Virus record (IMG/VR): IMGVR_UViG_3300042261_002390
Coordinates: 62,001 to 126,000 of that record
Reading direction: 5' to 3' (one strand)
Length of the DNA: 64,000 nucleotides
In this document: piece after piece, positions 28,276 through 39,241 of the stretch
How positions within the stretch are numbered: position 1 is the first letter of the stretch
Layout: each line of letters starts with the position of its first letter
The notes under the pieces: generated by a model
The model's database searches: none
Seen by the model: the letters and a program-made list of their open reading frames with translations, nothing else
Told to the model about the DNA's origin: nothing
Made by a program: the position numbers and the translations under genes

Positions 28276-31200
28276 ATGGCAATAATTTATAATGATAATT
28301 TTAGTGTGCATGCAAATAAACCTGTAGATAACAGGTATTTGAATATATCAACCCCTTGGGCTTCGGTGAGTGAGGTAAATGCTAACATACCTGAACCATA
28401 TAGGTATGTTGGTTTAACTGTTAATATTGATAAAGTAGAATATTGGTATTATACAGGTACTACTGACGGTGATTTGGTTCAAAGAAGTATGGGTAGTTTA
28501 AATAATGCAATTAATGGTCTTCGAGTATTAAGTGCAACAACTGTTTCATTAGGTGGTACATTGACTGGTAATACTATTTTTAATGGTGATGCTTCGATGT
28601 ATACTTTAAGATATGGGGGAGATTATAGTAGTGCATATTCTAATCGTTCTTTAGTTGATAAAGAATATGTTGATTCGATTGCAAGTGGATTAAGACCCAA
28701 ACAGGCTGTTAAGGTTGCAACAACTACAGAAATTACGCTTAGTGGGTTAACTATTGTTGATGGTTATCAACTACAAACAGGTGATAGAGTTTTAGTTAAA
28801 AATCAAAGTAGTGGTGCGACAAATGGTATATATAGTGCTAGTACTGGCACGTGGGGTCGTACTTCAGATTTTGATGGCAGTCCTAGTAGTGAAGTGGTTA
28901 GTGGTTCATATATGTTTGTCAATACTGGTAATACAAATATTGATTCTGCGTGGATTCTTTCAACGCCTGACCCTATAACAATCGGTGTTACACCGTTGAC
29001 TTTTGTATTATTTACACATAGTGAATCTATTGTCGCTGGTGTTGGTATTACGATAAGTGCAACAACGGGTGGAAAACAAATTAATTTTGATGGTGCTAGT
29101 GTTGCTGGTTCATGTTTGTCATGGGATGGCACTCAATTAAATGTCGATTCTGCAAGTCAATGTATTTTAAATAATGCAATTACTGGTGGAACAAATGGTT
29201 TGAGCGTTGTCAATCATAGTGTTAAATTAGGTGGTTTACTATCTTCAGGTGAAACAATGATATGTATGCCGTATTCCGAACCATCATCGTTGGTTGTTGG
29301 TTATGGAACACCTTCAACTTGGACTGGTGGTAGATTAAAAATATGTAGAGATAGTGCTCATGCATCTGGCAATACTGTTTGTATTGGTGCTAGAACCAAT
29401 GCAAATAATTCAATGGTCATTGCAATGTATGCTACTTCTGGGATGACGTTTGCCACAAGTATTGGTGGTGTTTCACATGGAATGAAATTAGATGGTGCTG
29501 CATTAGCTTATGATGCTTGTTATCATGCTGATTATACCAAACGTTCACTTGTTGATAAAGAATATGTTACGGGAATTACTTCAACTTTAGTTGCAACTGC
29601 AAATAATGGTTTAAATAGAGTTGGAGATAACATTCGTTTAGGTGGTGCATTAACTGGTGATACTTATATTGATGGTAATTATACATTAAATTTATGTGGT
29701 GATGCAAGGTTTAATTCAGATAATGGATATCAGATTTCTGGTGTTACAGTGTTTAGGACACCTCCATCAACAATTACTTCAATTTACATTGGTCAAAATG
29801 CTGGCAGTAATGAAATTGGATGTAATAATATTGGTATTGGTGAGAATAGTTTAAGTCAAAATAGTATTGTTGAATATAGTATTGCAGTTGGTAATAATGC
29901 ATTATCTGGTGCTACTGGTGGTACTGCCAATGTTGCTATTGGTAATAATGCATTTGCTGGTGATATTGCTCCTTATTATGGTGTCGCTATCGGTAATTGC
30001 GCTTTACGTACTGGTTATGGTTCATATAGTGTTGCTATTGGTAATTGTGCACTTCACGGTGGTGGGTCTGTAAATGTTGCTATTGGCGAATCTGCGTTAT
30101 ATTGTGGTGGTGGTGGATTTAATGTGGCACTTGGTGATAACGCTATGTATCATGGCGGTGGATGTGGAAATATTGCAATTGGTCACTATTCTTCATATTG
30201 TAGTGGGTGCGTTAATGGCTCTAATGTTAGTATTGGGTATTCTGCATTATATAATAATACTATTGGTAATAGTAATATAGGTATTGGTGCTCAATCATTT
30301 AGTTGTCTTGTGTGTGGCAATTTTAATGTTGGAATTGGTAATGCAACAGGATATTATAATACCACTGGTTCGTCTAACGTATTCATTGGAAATTGTGCTG
30401 GTTTAAATGAACAAGGTTCAAATAAATTATATATTGCAAACACTAATGCATGTACTTTGATTTATGGTGATTTTGCTCAAAATTACGTGATTTTACCGAC
30501 TTTAAAGCTTAGTACTACCCCAAGTGCGGGAACTACTTCAGATGGTATTTTAGTGTGGAATTCAAGCGATAAATGCGTAAAACAAGTTAGTTGTGCTAGT
30601 GCTTTTGGTAGCGTTATTACCGGGGCAACTAATGGATTGACAAAAACAGGTAAAAATGTAGTCCTTGGTGGTACATTGACAGGTGCTACTTCGATTAATT
30701 TAAATGAATTCGATTTTAGATTAAAATCAGATGGTAGTACATCATACGGTATTGCAGATTTCAATTTAAGTCAGACATATGCTAATTCAAAATTTGCTAT
30801 TTGTTCTCGTGATGCTACTTCAGCAACAATATGGGGTATTACAGGTAATAGTACAAATATTACAGCAGTGCATTGTTCAAACAGCTCAAATGGTAGTTGT
30901 TTATCAATAAACAATGGCGATATTAATTTAACAAATAAGACTTCAAGCTGCAGTAGAGTGGTTTGTTTAGGTGCAAACGCTTTAGTTTATGGTGCTTGTT
31001 ATCATGGTGATTATACAAATCGTTCGTTGGTTGATAAAGAATATGTTGATGTTTCAATATGTAATGAATCTAACGTTATTAAGGTTTGTAATGTTGGTGC
31101 ACCATATACAACAACAAGATATGACGATTTTATTGGTGTAAGCGGTACTAGTTGTATTTATTTATATAATACTCCTGTCTGTGGACAAAGAGTTATCGTG

Positions 31201-31359
31201 ACGGATATTTGTGGTAATGCACTACTTGACCCAATCACTGTGGATGGTAATGGTAAAAAAATTAATAATGGCACTTGCTCTACTATCAATACTGACTATG
31301 GGTCTATTACATACCTATATAATGGATTTTGTTGGAGTGCTGTTGGATTTATTAATTAA
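28276..31359 (+). CDS. Tail-fibre-like protein
   Basis: TANNGL..G.NVRLGG.LTG modules, N.AIG..AL beta-helix repeats, LSG...DG..L.TGDRVLVKNQ module. Confidence 0.75.
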   Translation: MAIIYNDNFSVHANKPVDNRYLNISTPWASVSEVNANIPEPYRYVGLTVNIDKVEYWYYTGTTDGDLVQRSMGSLNNAINGLRVLSATTVSLGGTLTGNTIFNGDASMYTLRYGGDYSSAYSNRSLVDKEYVDSIASGLRPKQAVKVATTTEITLSGLTIVDGYQLQTGDRVLVKNQSSGATNGIYSASTGTWGRTSDFDGSPSSEVVSGSYMFVNTGNTNIDSAWILSTPDPITIGVTPLTFVLFTHSESIVAGVGITISATTGGKQINFDGASVAGSCLSWDGTQLNVDSASQCILNNAITGGTNGLSVVNHSVKLGGLLSSGETMICMPYSEPSSLVVGYGTPSTWTGGRLKICRDSAHASGNTVCIGARTNANNSMVIAMYATSGMTFATSIGGVSHGMKLDGAALAYDACYHADYTKRSLVDKEYVTGITSTLVATANNGLNRVGDNIRLGGALTGDTYIDGNYTLNLCGDARFNSDNGYQISGVTVFRTPPSTITSIYIGQNAGSNEIGCNNIGIGENSLSQNSIVEYSIAVGNNALSGATGGTANVAIGNNAFAGDIAPYYGVAIGNCALRTGYGSYSVAIGNCALHGGGSVNVAIGESALYCGGGGFNVALGDNAMYHGGGCGNIAIGHYSSYCSGCVNGSNVSIGYSALYNNTIGNSNIGIGAQSFSCLVCGNFNVGIGNATGYYNTTGSSNVFIGNCAGLNEQGSNKLYIANTNACTLIYGDFAQNYVILPTLKLSTTPSAGTTSDGILVWNSSDKCVKQVSCASAFGSVITGATNGLTKTGKNVVLGGTLTGATSINLNEFDFRLKSDGSTSYGIADFNLSQTYANSKFAICSRDATSATIWGITGNSTNITAVHCSNSSNGSCLSINNGDINLTNKTSSCSRVVCLGANALVYGACYHGDYTNRSLVDKEYVDVSICNESNVIKVCNVGAPYTTTRYDDFIGVSGTSCIYLYNTPVCGQRVIVTDICGNALLDPITVDGNGKKINNGTCSTINTDYGSITYLYNGFCWSAVGFIN

Positions 31360-31447
31360 TGTATGGAAATATGTGTCAATAGCACATATTTCCAATATTT
31401 ATATTATGAAAGAAAAATTATGGGAATTTTAAATAAAAACAGAGCGA

Positions 31448-34400
31448 ATGTCTATTGAAACTAAACTAAATTTAACCAATGACAAGTTTTGTCAGACTGA
31501 TGGTAGTTTATTAACATTATCAGGTGATACTCAAATTTCTAGTGTTGGTACAATAAAATATGAAACGAATCAAAGTAGTACATATACTTCTCGTTCATTG
31601 ACTGATGCTGGATATGTAACAGGATTAACTAAACAATTATGTACTACCGCAAATAATGGTATTACTAAAACTGATTGTAATTTTCATCTTGGTGGGGCAT
31701 TAACAGGTGACACATTTATTAGTGGAAATTATTCATTGAATATTTGTGGTAGTGCAAAATTAAATTCAAATAACGGATATCAGATTAATAATAATACTGT
31801 TTTAAATTCACCAAGTAATGATTATAATTCAATATTTGTTGGTATAAATGCAGGTGCTACCGGAAACACCGGAAATAATGATATTGCTATTGGCGCATAT
31901 ACTTTACGTAAATTAGTTTTTGGTGCTGGTGGTGGTCATAATGTCGCTATCGGTTCTCAGAACTTATGTAATAGTGCTGATGGTTGCAATAATGTTGCAA
32001 TTGGTACTAGTGTGATGTCAGCGTCATGTACTGGTTCATATAATATTGGTATTGGTAGTCAATCGTTGACACGAAATTGTGGAAGCTATAATATTGGTTT
32101 AGGTGTATCTTCGTTGTTATGCAATAGAACTGGTGAATGTAATATTGGTATTGGTTTAGAATCATTAAAATTAAATTTCTATGGTTGCCAAAATATCGCT
32201 ATTGGTAATCAAACATTGTGCACTAATAGTTGTGGTAATAATAATATTGCTATTGGTCTAGGTGCTGGTTTTAGTGCTACTGGTAATAGTAGCGTGTTTA
32301 TTGGTAAAAATGCTGGTTATTACGAAACTGGTTCTGATAAATTGTATATTGGAAATAGTCAAACACAGAGTTTAATTTATGGCGATTTTTTAAATAATTT
32401 TGTGACTTTACCAACATTAAAGCTTTGTAGTACACCGGGAATAGGTACTACATCCGATAATATTCTTGTATGGAATTCTAGCGATAAGTGTGTAAAAATA
32501 GTTAGTGGTGGTGCTGTATTAACGTCAGCAATTACTGGTGCTACTAACGGATTGACAAAGACTGGTCAAAATGTTAAATTAGGTGGTATTTTAACAGGTG
32601 ATACAATAATTTATGGAAATTCAAAATCACTGTCTTTAGGAACATGTGATTGCATAATTAATGCATTTAATGTGAACTCAGGTTCGGCAAATATTCGCCC
32701 AACAGGTGCATTAACACTATATGGTGCAACTATATCGATTAATAATTTTGCTTCATATGATTGTAATTATTGCTGTTCATTTAGTAAATATTCATTAGTT
32801 GATAAGAATTATGTTACCGGAACAACAATCTCAACAGCAAATAATGGATTAACTTCAAATAATAGAAACATACGTTTGGGTGGAACTATTACTGGTGATA
32901 CATGTATTACTTATAATAATGCTAAATTAGCTTTCTGTACCGAAGGTGGTGCATGTAATATAAGTTTATGTAATTTAGGTAGTGAAGTTAAATTATCTTC
33001 ACGATGTGCTTATATGATTAGTACGTCGGTGGATAGTTGTCAAAGTAATGTTGGTGTGAAAAATGGTTGTGTTGATATTTTTTCTAATATCAGCGAATGT
33101 GGCGTTCAAATTACTGCACCAACAACAGGTGCTGTTTATATTGCTGATTATAGCAGTGGTTTTGTCAACGAATCTTTAGTGAGTAAAAGATATGTTACTG
33201 GTTTAACTACTACGTCTGGTGTACAATCAGCTAATAATGGCTTAACCAAATCAGGTACAAATGTTCGTTTAGGTGGTACATTAACCGGGAATACTGTAAT
33301 TGATGGAGCATATTCATTAGGATTTAATAATTCGATTATTAATCTTACTGGTAGTAGTTGTGTTAATTTAAGTGGTGTTGTAAATTTAATTACAACCCCG
33401 GCAGTAGGTAGTACTTCAGATAATATTCTTGTTTGGAATTCAGGGGATAAGTCAATTAAAACGGTGAGTGGTGGTGCTGTATTAACATCAGCAATCACTG
33501 GTGCTACAAATGGATTGTCAAAAACAGGTCAAAATGTTAAATTAGGTGGTACTTTAACAGGTAATACTACAATCGGTGGGTCTAGTACTTTATGTATTAC
33601 TGCGCCAAGTATCAGCACAGATGTTCAACATTTGACATTCGATTCGAATCCAATTACACCGACAGCATTTGGTTCGTTATTTTATAAAAATAATTCATTA
33701 AATTTCAATAGAGAATTTAGTGGAGTTACATTACAAATTGGTGAAGAAACAGTTGTTAGGGTAACAAATACAACTGGTTCATTAATTGAAAATGGTAGTG
33801 CAGTTTATATTTGTGGTGCTGTGAGTGGTATTCCTGCTATTGCAAAAACGATTGCAAGTTCAAGTAGCAATGCAGTTAATACATTGGGTTTAACTACAAT
33901 GGGAATATCTGATAATAATGAAGGATATGTTACTATATTGGGACTTGTGCATGATATTGATACTTCATCGTGGAGTGCTGGTAGTAGAATTTACTTATCA
34001 TCGACACAAGCTGGTTGTTTAACTGCAACAGCACCATCATATCCAAATGAAGTAATTCATATTGGATATGTTACATGTCAAGATGTATTAGGGTCGATTT
34101 TAGTTGCGCCTGTTATTGAAACATCATATACTAGTATTAGTACATTTACTGGATACACTGCAAGTACGGCTATTGTATTGAACAATAAATTGGATAACTG
34201 CATTTTTAATAATTATACTGGTGCGACTTCAAGCACACTTGATTATTTATTGGATGTTAGTAGTTTTGCTGTTACTGGTGCGACTAATGGATTGAGTAAG
34301 TCAGGTGTTCGTGATGTTTGTCTTGGTGGAACAATATCAAATCCAGTTACTATTTGTGGTGCTAGTTCAGTTAAAATTGGTGATACTAATGGTATTACAT

Positions 34401-37400
34401 TAAGTACATCCAATACTAACGATATTGCCCTCAATTCTAAATCATGTGGTGGAATTTATATTAAATCACAATCAGGCACTAGTAATTCAACAGTTAGTTT
34501 TGTTGGTTCTGTTGGGTTGCAAGTTGATTATGACGCTGTTAATGGTTTTGCATTATATGATAATAGGGTTGGTGCTAGTCGAACTGGTTTAGTGTATGCT
34601 GATGATTATAGCTCAAATTATGTGAATCGTTCATTAGTAGATAAAGCTTATGTGGATAGTGTTGCGACTGGTTTAGATGTTAAGTCTGCAGCATTGGTTA
34701 GTACAACCACAAATATTACATTAAGTGGTTTAACTACTGTTGATGGCATAACGTTAACGACAGGCGATAGAATTTTAGTCAAAGACCAAATAAATGGTGC
34801 TTTGAATGGTATATATAGTGCTAGTACTGGTACTTGGGGTCGTACTAGTGATTATGATTTTTCACCAAGTGGTGAAATTAGTAATGGTAACCTAATCCCC
34901 GTAACAAGTGGTAATACAAATGGTAATAGTATTTGGATATTAACAACGCCTAACCCAATAGTGAGTGGAGATACATTAATTTTTTCTAAATTCTCACAAC
35001 AAGCAGGAATTATTGAGGGTAATGGTATTAATGTAACGACTGTTGGTACAAATAAACAAATTTCAGTAGAGTTGCCCCCAAGTGCATGTGGTTTACAATT
35101 TAATGGTACTGGTTTAGAAGTTGATTACGATATTTTCCGTTTAGGTTTATGTTCTGCAACAGGTGGATATGTGGATATTAGAGCAACTAAAGGCGTTGCA
35201 AGTGGAAATGAGATTCCTGTGAAAATTAACACTGGTGGAACTAATTCATTATATGTAGATTCTTCATCTGTAATTACTTGCATTGGCAATCCTGTGTTAT
35301 CTGCAAATAATGGATTGAATAAGATTGGCTGCAATGTACGCTTAGGTGGGACATTGACAGGTGCTACAACAATTAATGGTGGAACTAATGCTTTGACATT
35401 CTGTTGTGTCTGTGCATTGGGAATTGGATATACTACAAGTGCAACAATTACAGATGCGAATGCAACACCAAGAGGGTTGGTATATGCTGGAAATTATTCA
35501 GCAACATATTGTGACCGTTCGTTAGTCGATAAAGGATATGTTGATAGTTTGGTAACATCAGGCGTATTAGCTTGTAACGGTTTAAGTAAAGTGGGAAATA
35601 CTGTTATTTTAGGCGGTGCATTAACCGGAAATACTTTTATTAGTTATGGTGCAAATAGGTTGTGTTTCATTGATGGCGGTACTTCATGCATGGATATTAT
35701 TTCTGATTGTAGCCAAATTCATGTTCAAAACACTTCATTGTGTTTAAGAAGTTGTACATTAGGTTCTTGTGTTGGTACGGTTTGTCTTACAAATTCAGGT
35801 ATTATATCTATTTCAAGTAATGCTACAAATTGTGGTGTTAGGGTAACATCACCATCGACTGGTGCTATTTATAGCGCAGATTATAGCGGTAATTTTATTA
35901 ATGAATCATTAGTAACTAAAAGGTATGTTACTGGTATAACTAGCTCAATATGTAGTAATTATTTATGTAGTGCAAATAATGGTTTAACTAAGTCTGGAAC
36001 TAATGTTCGTTTAGGTGGTGCATTAACAGGAAACACTGCAATTACTGGTGCATATACTTTAAGTATTTGTGGTGGCGCTAAATTAAATACTGCTTGCGGA
36101 TATCAAATTAGTGGTAGTACCGTATTAAGAACAAGTCCTAATTCAATTAATAATATTTTGATTGGAGAGTCTGCAGGCAATAGTACGATGACTGGCACTA
36201 ATAACTTTGTAGTAGGATGTCAAGCTCTTTTAAGTAACACAACTGGCTATAATAACATCGCTAATGGTTATTTAGCACTTAATAAAAACACAATCGGTTA
36301 TAATAATATTGCCAACGGTAATGGTGTACTTTATGCTAACACAATTGGTTGTAATAATATTGCCAATGGTTATAATGCTCTTTACTGTAATATTTGTGGT
36401 AATGGAAATATTGTCAATGGTTATAGTGCACTTTTTAATAATACAACTGGTTGTGATAATATTGCTAATGGCTTTATAGCACTAGCTATGAATATAAATG
36501 GTTCTAATAATATTGCCAATGGTTATTATGCTCTTTATAATAATACTACTGGTTCTAACAACATTGCTAGTGGCTGTCAAGCATTATATTGCAATACAAC
36601 TGCCAACAATTTAATTGCAATTGGTATAAATGCTTTATATAATAACAAATGTATTAATGCTAGTTGTAATGGTCAATATAATATTGCTGTTGGTCACGGC
36701 TCATTAAGTGGAAATACTTATGGCTGTGCAAATTATGCTTTTGGTTATGGTGCGTTAAGCGGGAATACATATGGTTGCTATAATATTGCAAATGGTTATC
36801 AAACACTTGCGAAAAATACAACAGGCAGTGACAATATTGCAATTGGGTATCAGAGTCTTTATTCGAATACCGGAGGTACTGCTAATATTGCAATCGGCTC
36901 ATCTGCCTTAAAATCAAATACAAAGGGTTTAGATAATATTGCAATTGGTTGCATTTCATTGAATGCAAATACTTTGGGATGTTTTAATACTGCAATAGGT
37001 GGTTATTCATTGAATGCAAATACTATCGGTAATTTTAATATTGCTGTGGGTAATTCTGCACTTATGTGCAATACGTGTGGTTGCAATAATACTGCATATG
37101 GTTATTCTGCTCTTGGTCTTAATAGCTCAGGATGTAATAATCTTAGTTTTGGATTCAGCAGTAATTTAATGAATACTACGGGAAATAATAACATTGGATT
37201 GGGATATCGTGCAGGATATTCTAATTCTACTGGCTCAAATAATATATTTATCGGAACGTGTGCAGGTTATAATGAAACAGGTTCTGGTAAATTATACATT
37301 GCTACAGGTGCAACAAATCAATTAATATATGGTGATTTTGCCACTAAAGAAGTAACATTGCCTAAACTTAAAGTTTGTGAAACACCTGCCACTGGAAGTT

Positions 37401-38110
37401 TTAGCGATAATGTGTTGGTATGGAACTCAAGTGATAAATGTGTTAAGCAATATAATTTATCTTCATGTTTTTCAAACGCAATAACTGGTGCAACAAATGG
37501 TTTAACTATAACAGGACAAAAAATTAAATTAGGCGGTAGTCTAACTGGTAATACAGATATTTCAGGAGCATATACATTAGGATTTAATAATTCAATTGTT
37601 AATGTTACCGGAAGTACTTCGGTAAATATTAGTAGTAGTGGTTCTGTTAATATTAATGGAACATCGAGTGTTGGTATTACTGGTTCGGTTAAATTACTAA
37701 CAACTCCATCAAATGGAGCATGTAGCGATTCTGCGTTAGTTTGGAATTCAAGTGATAATTGTATTAAAAAGGTCAGTGCAAATGGATTGTTTGGTATATA
37801 TTCAATAACTGGTGTTTCAACGAATGCTACTTTATCTGCTGATAATCAAGTAATATTTGTCGATACTACATCGGGTGTTGTAACAATTACATTACCTACT
37901 GCAGCAACAATTACTAATGGTAAGGTCTATATGGTTAAAAATACTGCATGTGGTTTGATAAATAATGTTATCATTGATTCTGGATTAAATTCAACAATCG
38001 ATGGCTCAAGATGTGCATTGATTAATACTAATTATGGTGCGCTTCAATTAATACGAGCATGTACTGCAGGTTCTAATAGTGTTTGGTATACGTTATCATT
38101 CAATAACTAA
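31448..38110 (+). CDS. Giant (2220 aa) tail-fibre-like protein
   Basis: About ten NGL.K.G.NV.LGG.LTG modules, two N.I..G..AL..N beta-helix arrays, RSLVDK.YV motifs. Confidence 0.8.
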   Translation: MSIETKLNLTNDKFCQTDGSLLTLSGDTQISSVGTIKYETNQSSTYTSRSLTDAGYVTGLTKQLCTTANNGITKTDCNFHLGGALTGDTFISGNYSLNICGSAKLNSNNGYQINNNTVLNSPSNDYNSIFVGINAGATGNTGNNDIAIGAYTLRKLVFGAGGGHNVAIGSQNLCNSADGCNNVAIGTSVMSASCTGSYNIGIGSQSLTRNCGSYNIGLGVSSLLCNRTGECNIGIGLESLKLNFYGCQNIAIGNQTLCTNSCGNNNIAIGLGAGFSATGNSSVFIGKNAGYYETGSDKLYIGNSQTQSLIYGDFLNNFVTLPTLKLCSTPGIGTTSDNILVWNSSDKCVKIVSGGAVLTSAITGATNGLTKTGQNVKLGGILTGDTIIYGNSKSLSLGTCDCIINAFNVNSGSANIRPTGALTLYGATISINNFASYDCNYCCSFSKYSLVDKNYVTGTTISTANNGLTSNNRNIRLGGTITGDTCITYNNAKLAFCTEGGACNISLCNLGSEVKLSSRCAYMISTSVDSCQSNVGVKNGCVDIFSNISECGVQITAPTTGAVYIADYSSGFVNESLVSKRYVTGLTTTSGVQSANNGLTKSGTNVRLGGTLTGNTVIDGAYSLGFNNSIINLTGSSCVNLSGVVNLITTPAVGSTSDNILVWNSGDKSIKTVSGGAVLTSAITGATNGLSKTGQNVKLGGTLTGNTTIGGSSTLCITAPSISTDVQHLTFDSNPITPTAFGSLFYKNNSLNFNREFSGVTLQIGEETVVRVTNTTGSLIENGSAVYICGAVSGIPAIAKTIASSSSNAVNTLGLTTMGISDNNEGYVTILGLVHDIDTSSWSAGSRIYLSSTQAGCLTATAPSYPNEVIHIGYVTCQDVLGSILVAPVIETSYTSISTFTGYTASTAIVLNNKLDNCIFNNYTGATSSTLDYLLDVSSFAVTGATNGLSKSGVRDVCLGGTISNPVTICGASSVKIGDTNGITLSTSNTNDIALNSKSCGGIYIKSQSGTSNSTVSFVGSVGLQVDYDAVNGFALYDNRVGASRTGLVYADDYSSNYVNRSLVDKAYVDSVATGLDVKSAALVSTTTNITLSGLTTVDGITLTTGDRILVKDQINGALNGIYSASTGTWGRTSDYDFSPSGEISNGNLIPVTSGNTNGNSIWILTTPNPIVSGDTLIFSKFSQQAGIIEGNGINVTTVGTNKQISVELPPSACGLQFNGTGLEVDYDIFRLGLCSATGGYVDIRATKGVASGNEIPVKINTGGTNSLYVDSSSVITCIGNPVLSANNGLNKIGCNVRLGGTLTGATTINGGTNALTFCCVCALGIGYTTSATITDANATPRGLVYAGNYSATYCDRSLVDKGYVDSLVTSGVLACNGLSKVGNTVILGGALTGNTFISYGANRLCFIDGGTSCMDIISDCSQIHVQNTSLCLRSCTLGSCVGTVCLTNSGIISISSNATNCGVRVTSPSTGAIYSADYSGNFINESLVTKRYVTGITSSICSNYLCSANNGLTKSGTNVRLGGALTGNTAITGAYTLSICGGAKLNTACGYQISGSTVLRTSPNSINNILIGESAGNSTMTGTNNFVVGCQALLSNTTGYNNIANGYLALNKNTIGYNNIANGNGVLYANTIGCNNIANGYNALYCNICGNGNIVNGYSALFNNTTGCDNIANGFIALAMNINGSNNIANGYYALYNNTTGSNNIASGCQALYCNTTANNLIAIGINALYNNKCINASCNGQYNIAVGHGSLSGNTYGCANYAFGYGALSGNTYGCYNIANGYQTLAKNTTGSDNIAIGYQSLYSNTGGTANIAIGSSALKSNTKGLDNIAIGCISLNANTLGCFNTAIGGYSLNANTIGNFNIAVGNSALMCNTCGCNNTAYGYSALGLNSSGCNNLSFGFSSNLMNTTGNNNIGLGYRAGYSNSTGSNNIFIGTCAGYNETGSGKLYIATGATNQLIYGDFATKEVTLPKLKVCETPATGSFSDNVLVWNSSDKCVKQYNLSSCFSNAITGATNGLTITGQKIKLGGSLTGNTDISGAYTLGFNNSIVNVTGSTSVNISSSGSVNINGTSSVGITGSVKLLTTPSNGACSDSALVWNSSDNCIKKVSANGLFGIYSITGVSTNATLSADNQVIFVDTTSGVVTITLPTAATITNGKVYMVKNTACGLINNVIIDSGLNSTIDGSRCALINTNYGALQLIRACTAGSNSVWYTLSFNN

Positions 38111-38130
38111 TCTGAAATAAAAATAATGAA

Positions 38131-38161
38131 AATGGAAATTGAAAGATTTCCATTTTTTTTT
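38131..38161 (+). terminator. Intrinsic terminator
   Basis: AATGGAAAT/ATTTCCATT plus T run. Confidence 0.6.
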
Positions 38162-38241
38162 ATAATTATATGTGTTTTTTTGAGAAATCAACTATTTATA
38201 AAAAAATATAAAAAATTATAACAAATAATAATAAATTTCAG

Positions 38242-39153
38242 ATGAAAAAAGATTCAACAATCCAACCTAGCGATAAATTTGTGATTTTACATACCGAGGG
38301 TGGACACGGTAAACAAATTATGGCAACTGCAGTATGTCGTGCAATAAAAAAAGCATATCCTGATAGAAAATTAATAGTTGTTACTGCTTGGGATGGACCT
38401 TTTTTTTACAATCCAGATGTTTGGCGTTTTTATACTTTTAATCAAATGCAATATTTCTTTGATGATTTTGTTAATGAAGATACTAAAATTTTTAGGCATG
38501 AAGTATATCATAGTGAAGACCATATCCTTCAAAGAAAACATTTAACTCAATCTTGGTGTGATATGTATGGCATTCCGTATGATGGCTATAAGCCAAAGAT
38601 TTATTTAAACCCAAGAGAACTTGAAATAGCTAGGGATAAAATAAAACCAGATGGTAAGCCTATTATGTTGTTACAAACTCATGGTGGTTCGCCTAATGGA
38701 CAATATTCAAAAAAATCTTGGTTTAGAGATATGCCTGTTGAAATTGCCCAAAAATTAGTTAACTATTTTAATAAATCATATCGCATATTACATATTAAAA
38801 CTCCTGAACAACCAGAATTGCAGGGAGTTGAGATGCTAAATTTGCCGTTCAGAGAATTATATGCTGTGTTTCCTCTTTCAACCAAAAGATTATTTATTGA
38901 TAGTTTTGCACAACATGTTGCAGCAGCATTGGATTTGGAAAGTACTGTGGTTTGGATTGGTAATAAACCTGAAATATTTGGTTATTCTGAGCATATTAAT
39001 ATACAGCCAAATGCTAATTATGTGAGGGAACTGAATAAGTTCAGTTATCTTGACCAATTTGATATTTCAGGTCAGATACAACAATTTCCTTATGATACAA
39101 TAAATTTGTTTGATATTAATAAAATTATTGAAGCAGTAAATAAACAAAAGTAA
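38242..39153 (+). CDS. GT9-like (heptosyltransferase-like, GT-B) glycosyltransferase
   Basis: GGHGKQIMATAVCRAIKKAYPDRKLIVVT resembles the GT9 N-terminus; FIDSFAQHVAAALD resembles DSG..HLAAA. Confidence 0.6.
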   Translation: MKKDSTIQPSDKFVILHTEGGHGKQIMATAVCRAIKKAYPDRKLIVVTAWDGPFFYNPDVWRFYTFNQMQYFFDDFVNEDTKIFRHEVYHSEDHILQRKHLTQSWCDMYGIPYDGYKPKIYLNPRELEIARDKIKPDGKPIMLLQTHGGSPNGQYSKKSWFRDMPVEIAQKLVNYFNKSYRILHIKTPEQPELQGVEMLNLPFRELYAVFPLSTKRLFIDSFAQHVAAALDLESTVVWIGNKPEIFGYSEHINIQPNANYVRELNKFSYLDQFDISGQIQQFPYDTINLFDINKIIEAVNKQK

Positions 39154-39161
39154 ATAAAATT

Positions 39162-39188
39162 AAATCCCATCATATTGATGGGATTTTT
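39162..39188 (+). terminator. Intrinsic terminator
   Basis: AAATCCCATCA-tat-TGATGGGATTT plus T. Confidence 0.75.
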
Positions 39189-39241
39189 ATTTGAAAATAA
39201 GTTTGGTTTAAAGTATTTATCTCTAATAATGGTAATTTAGC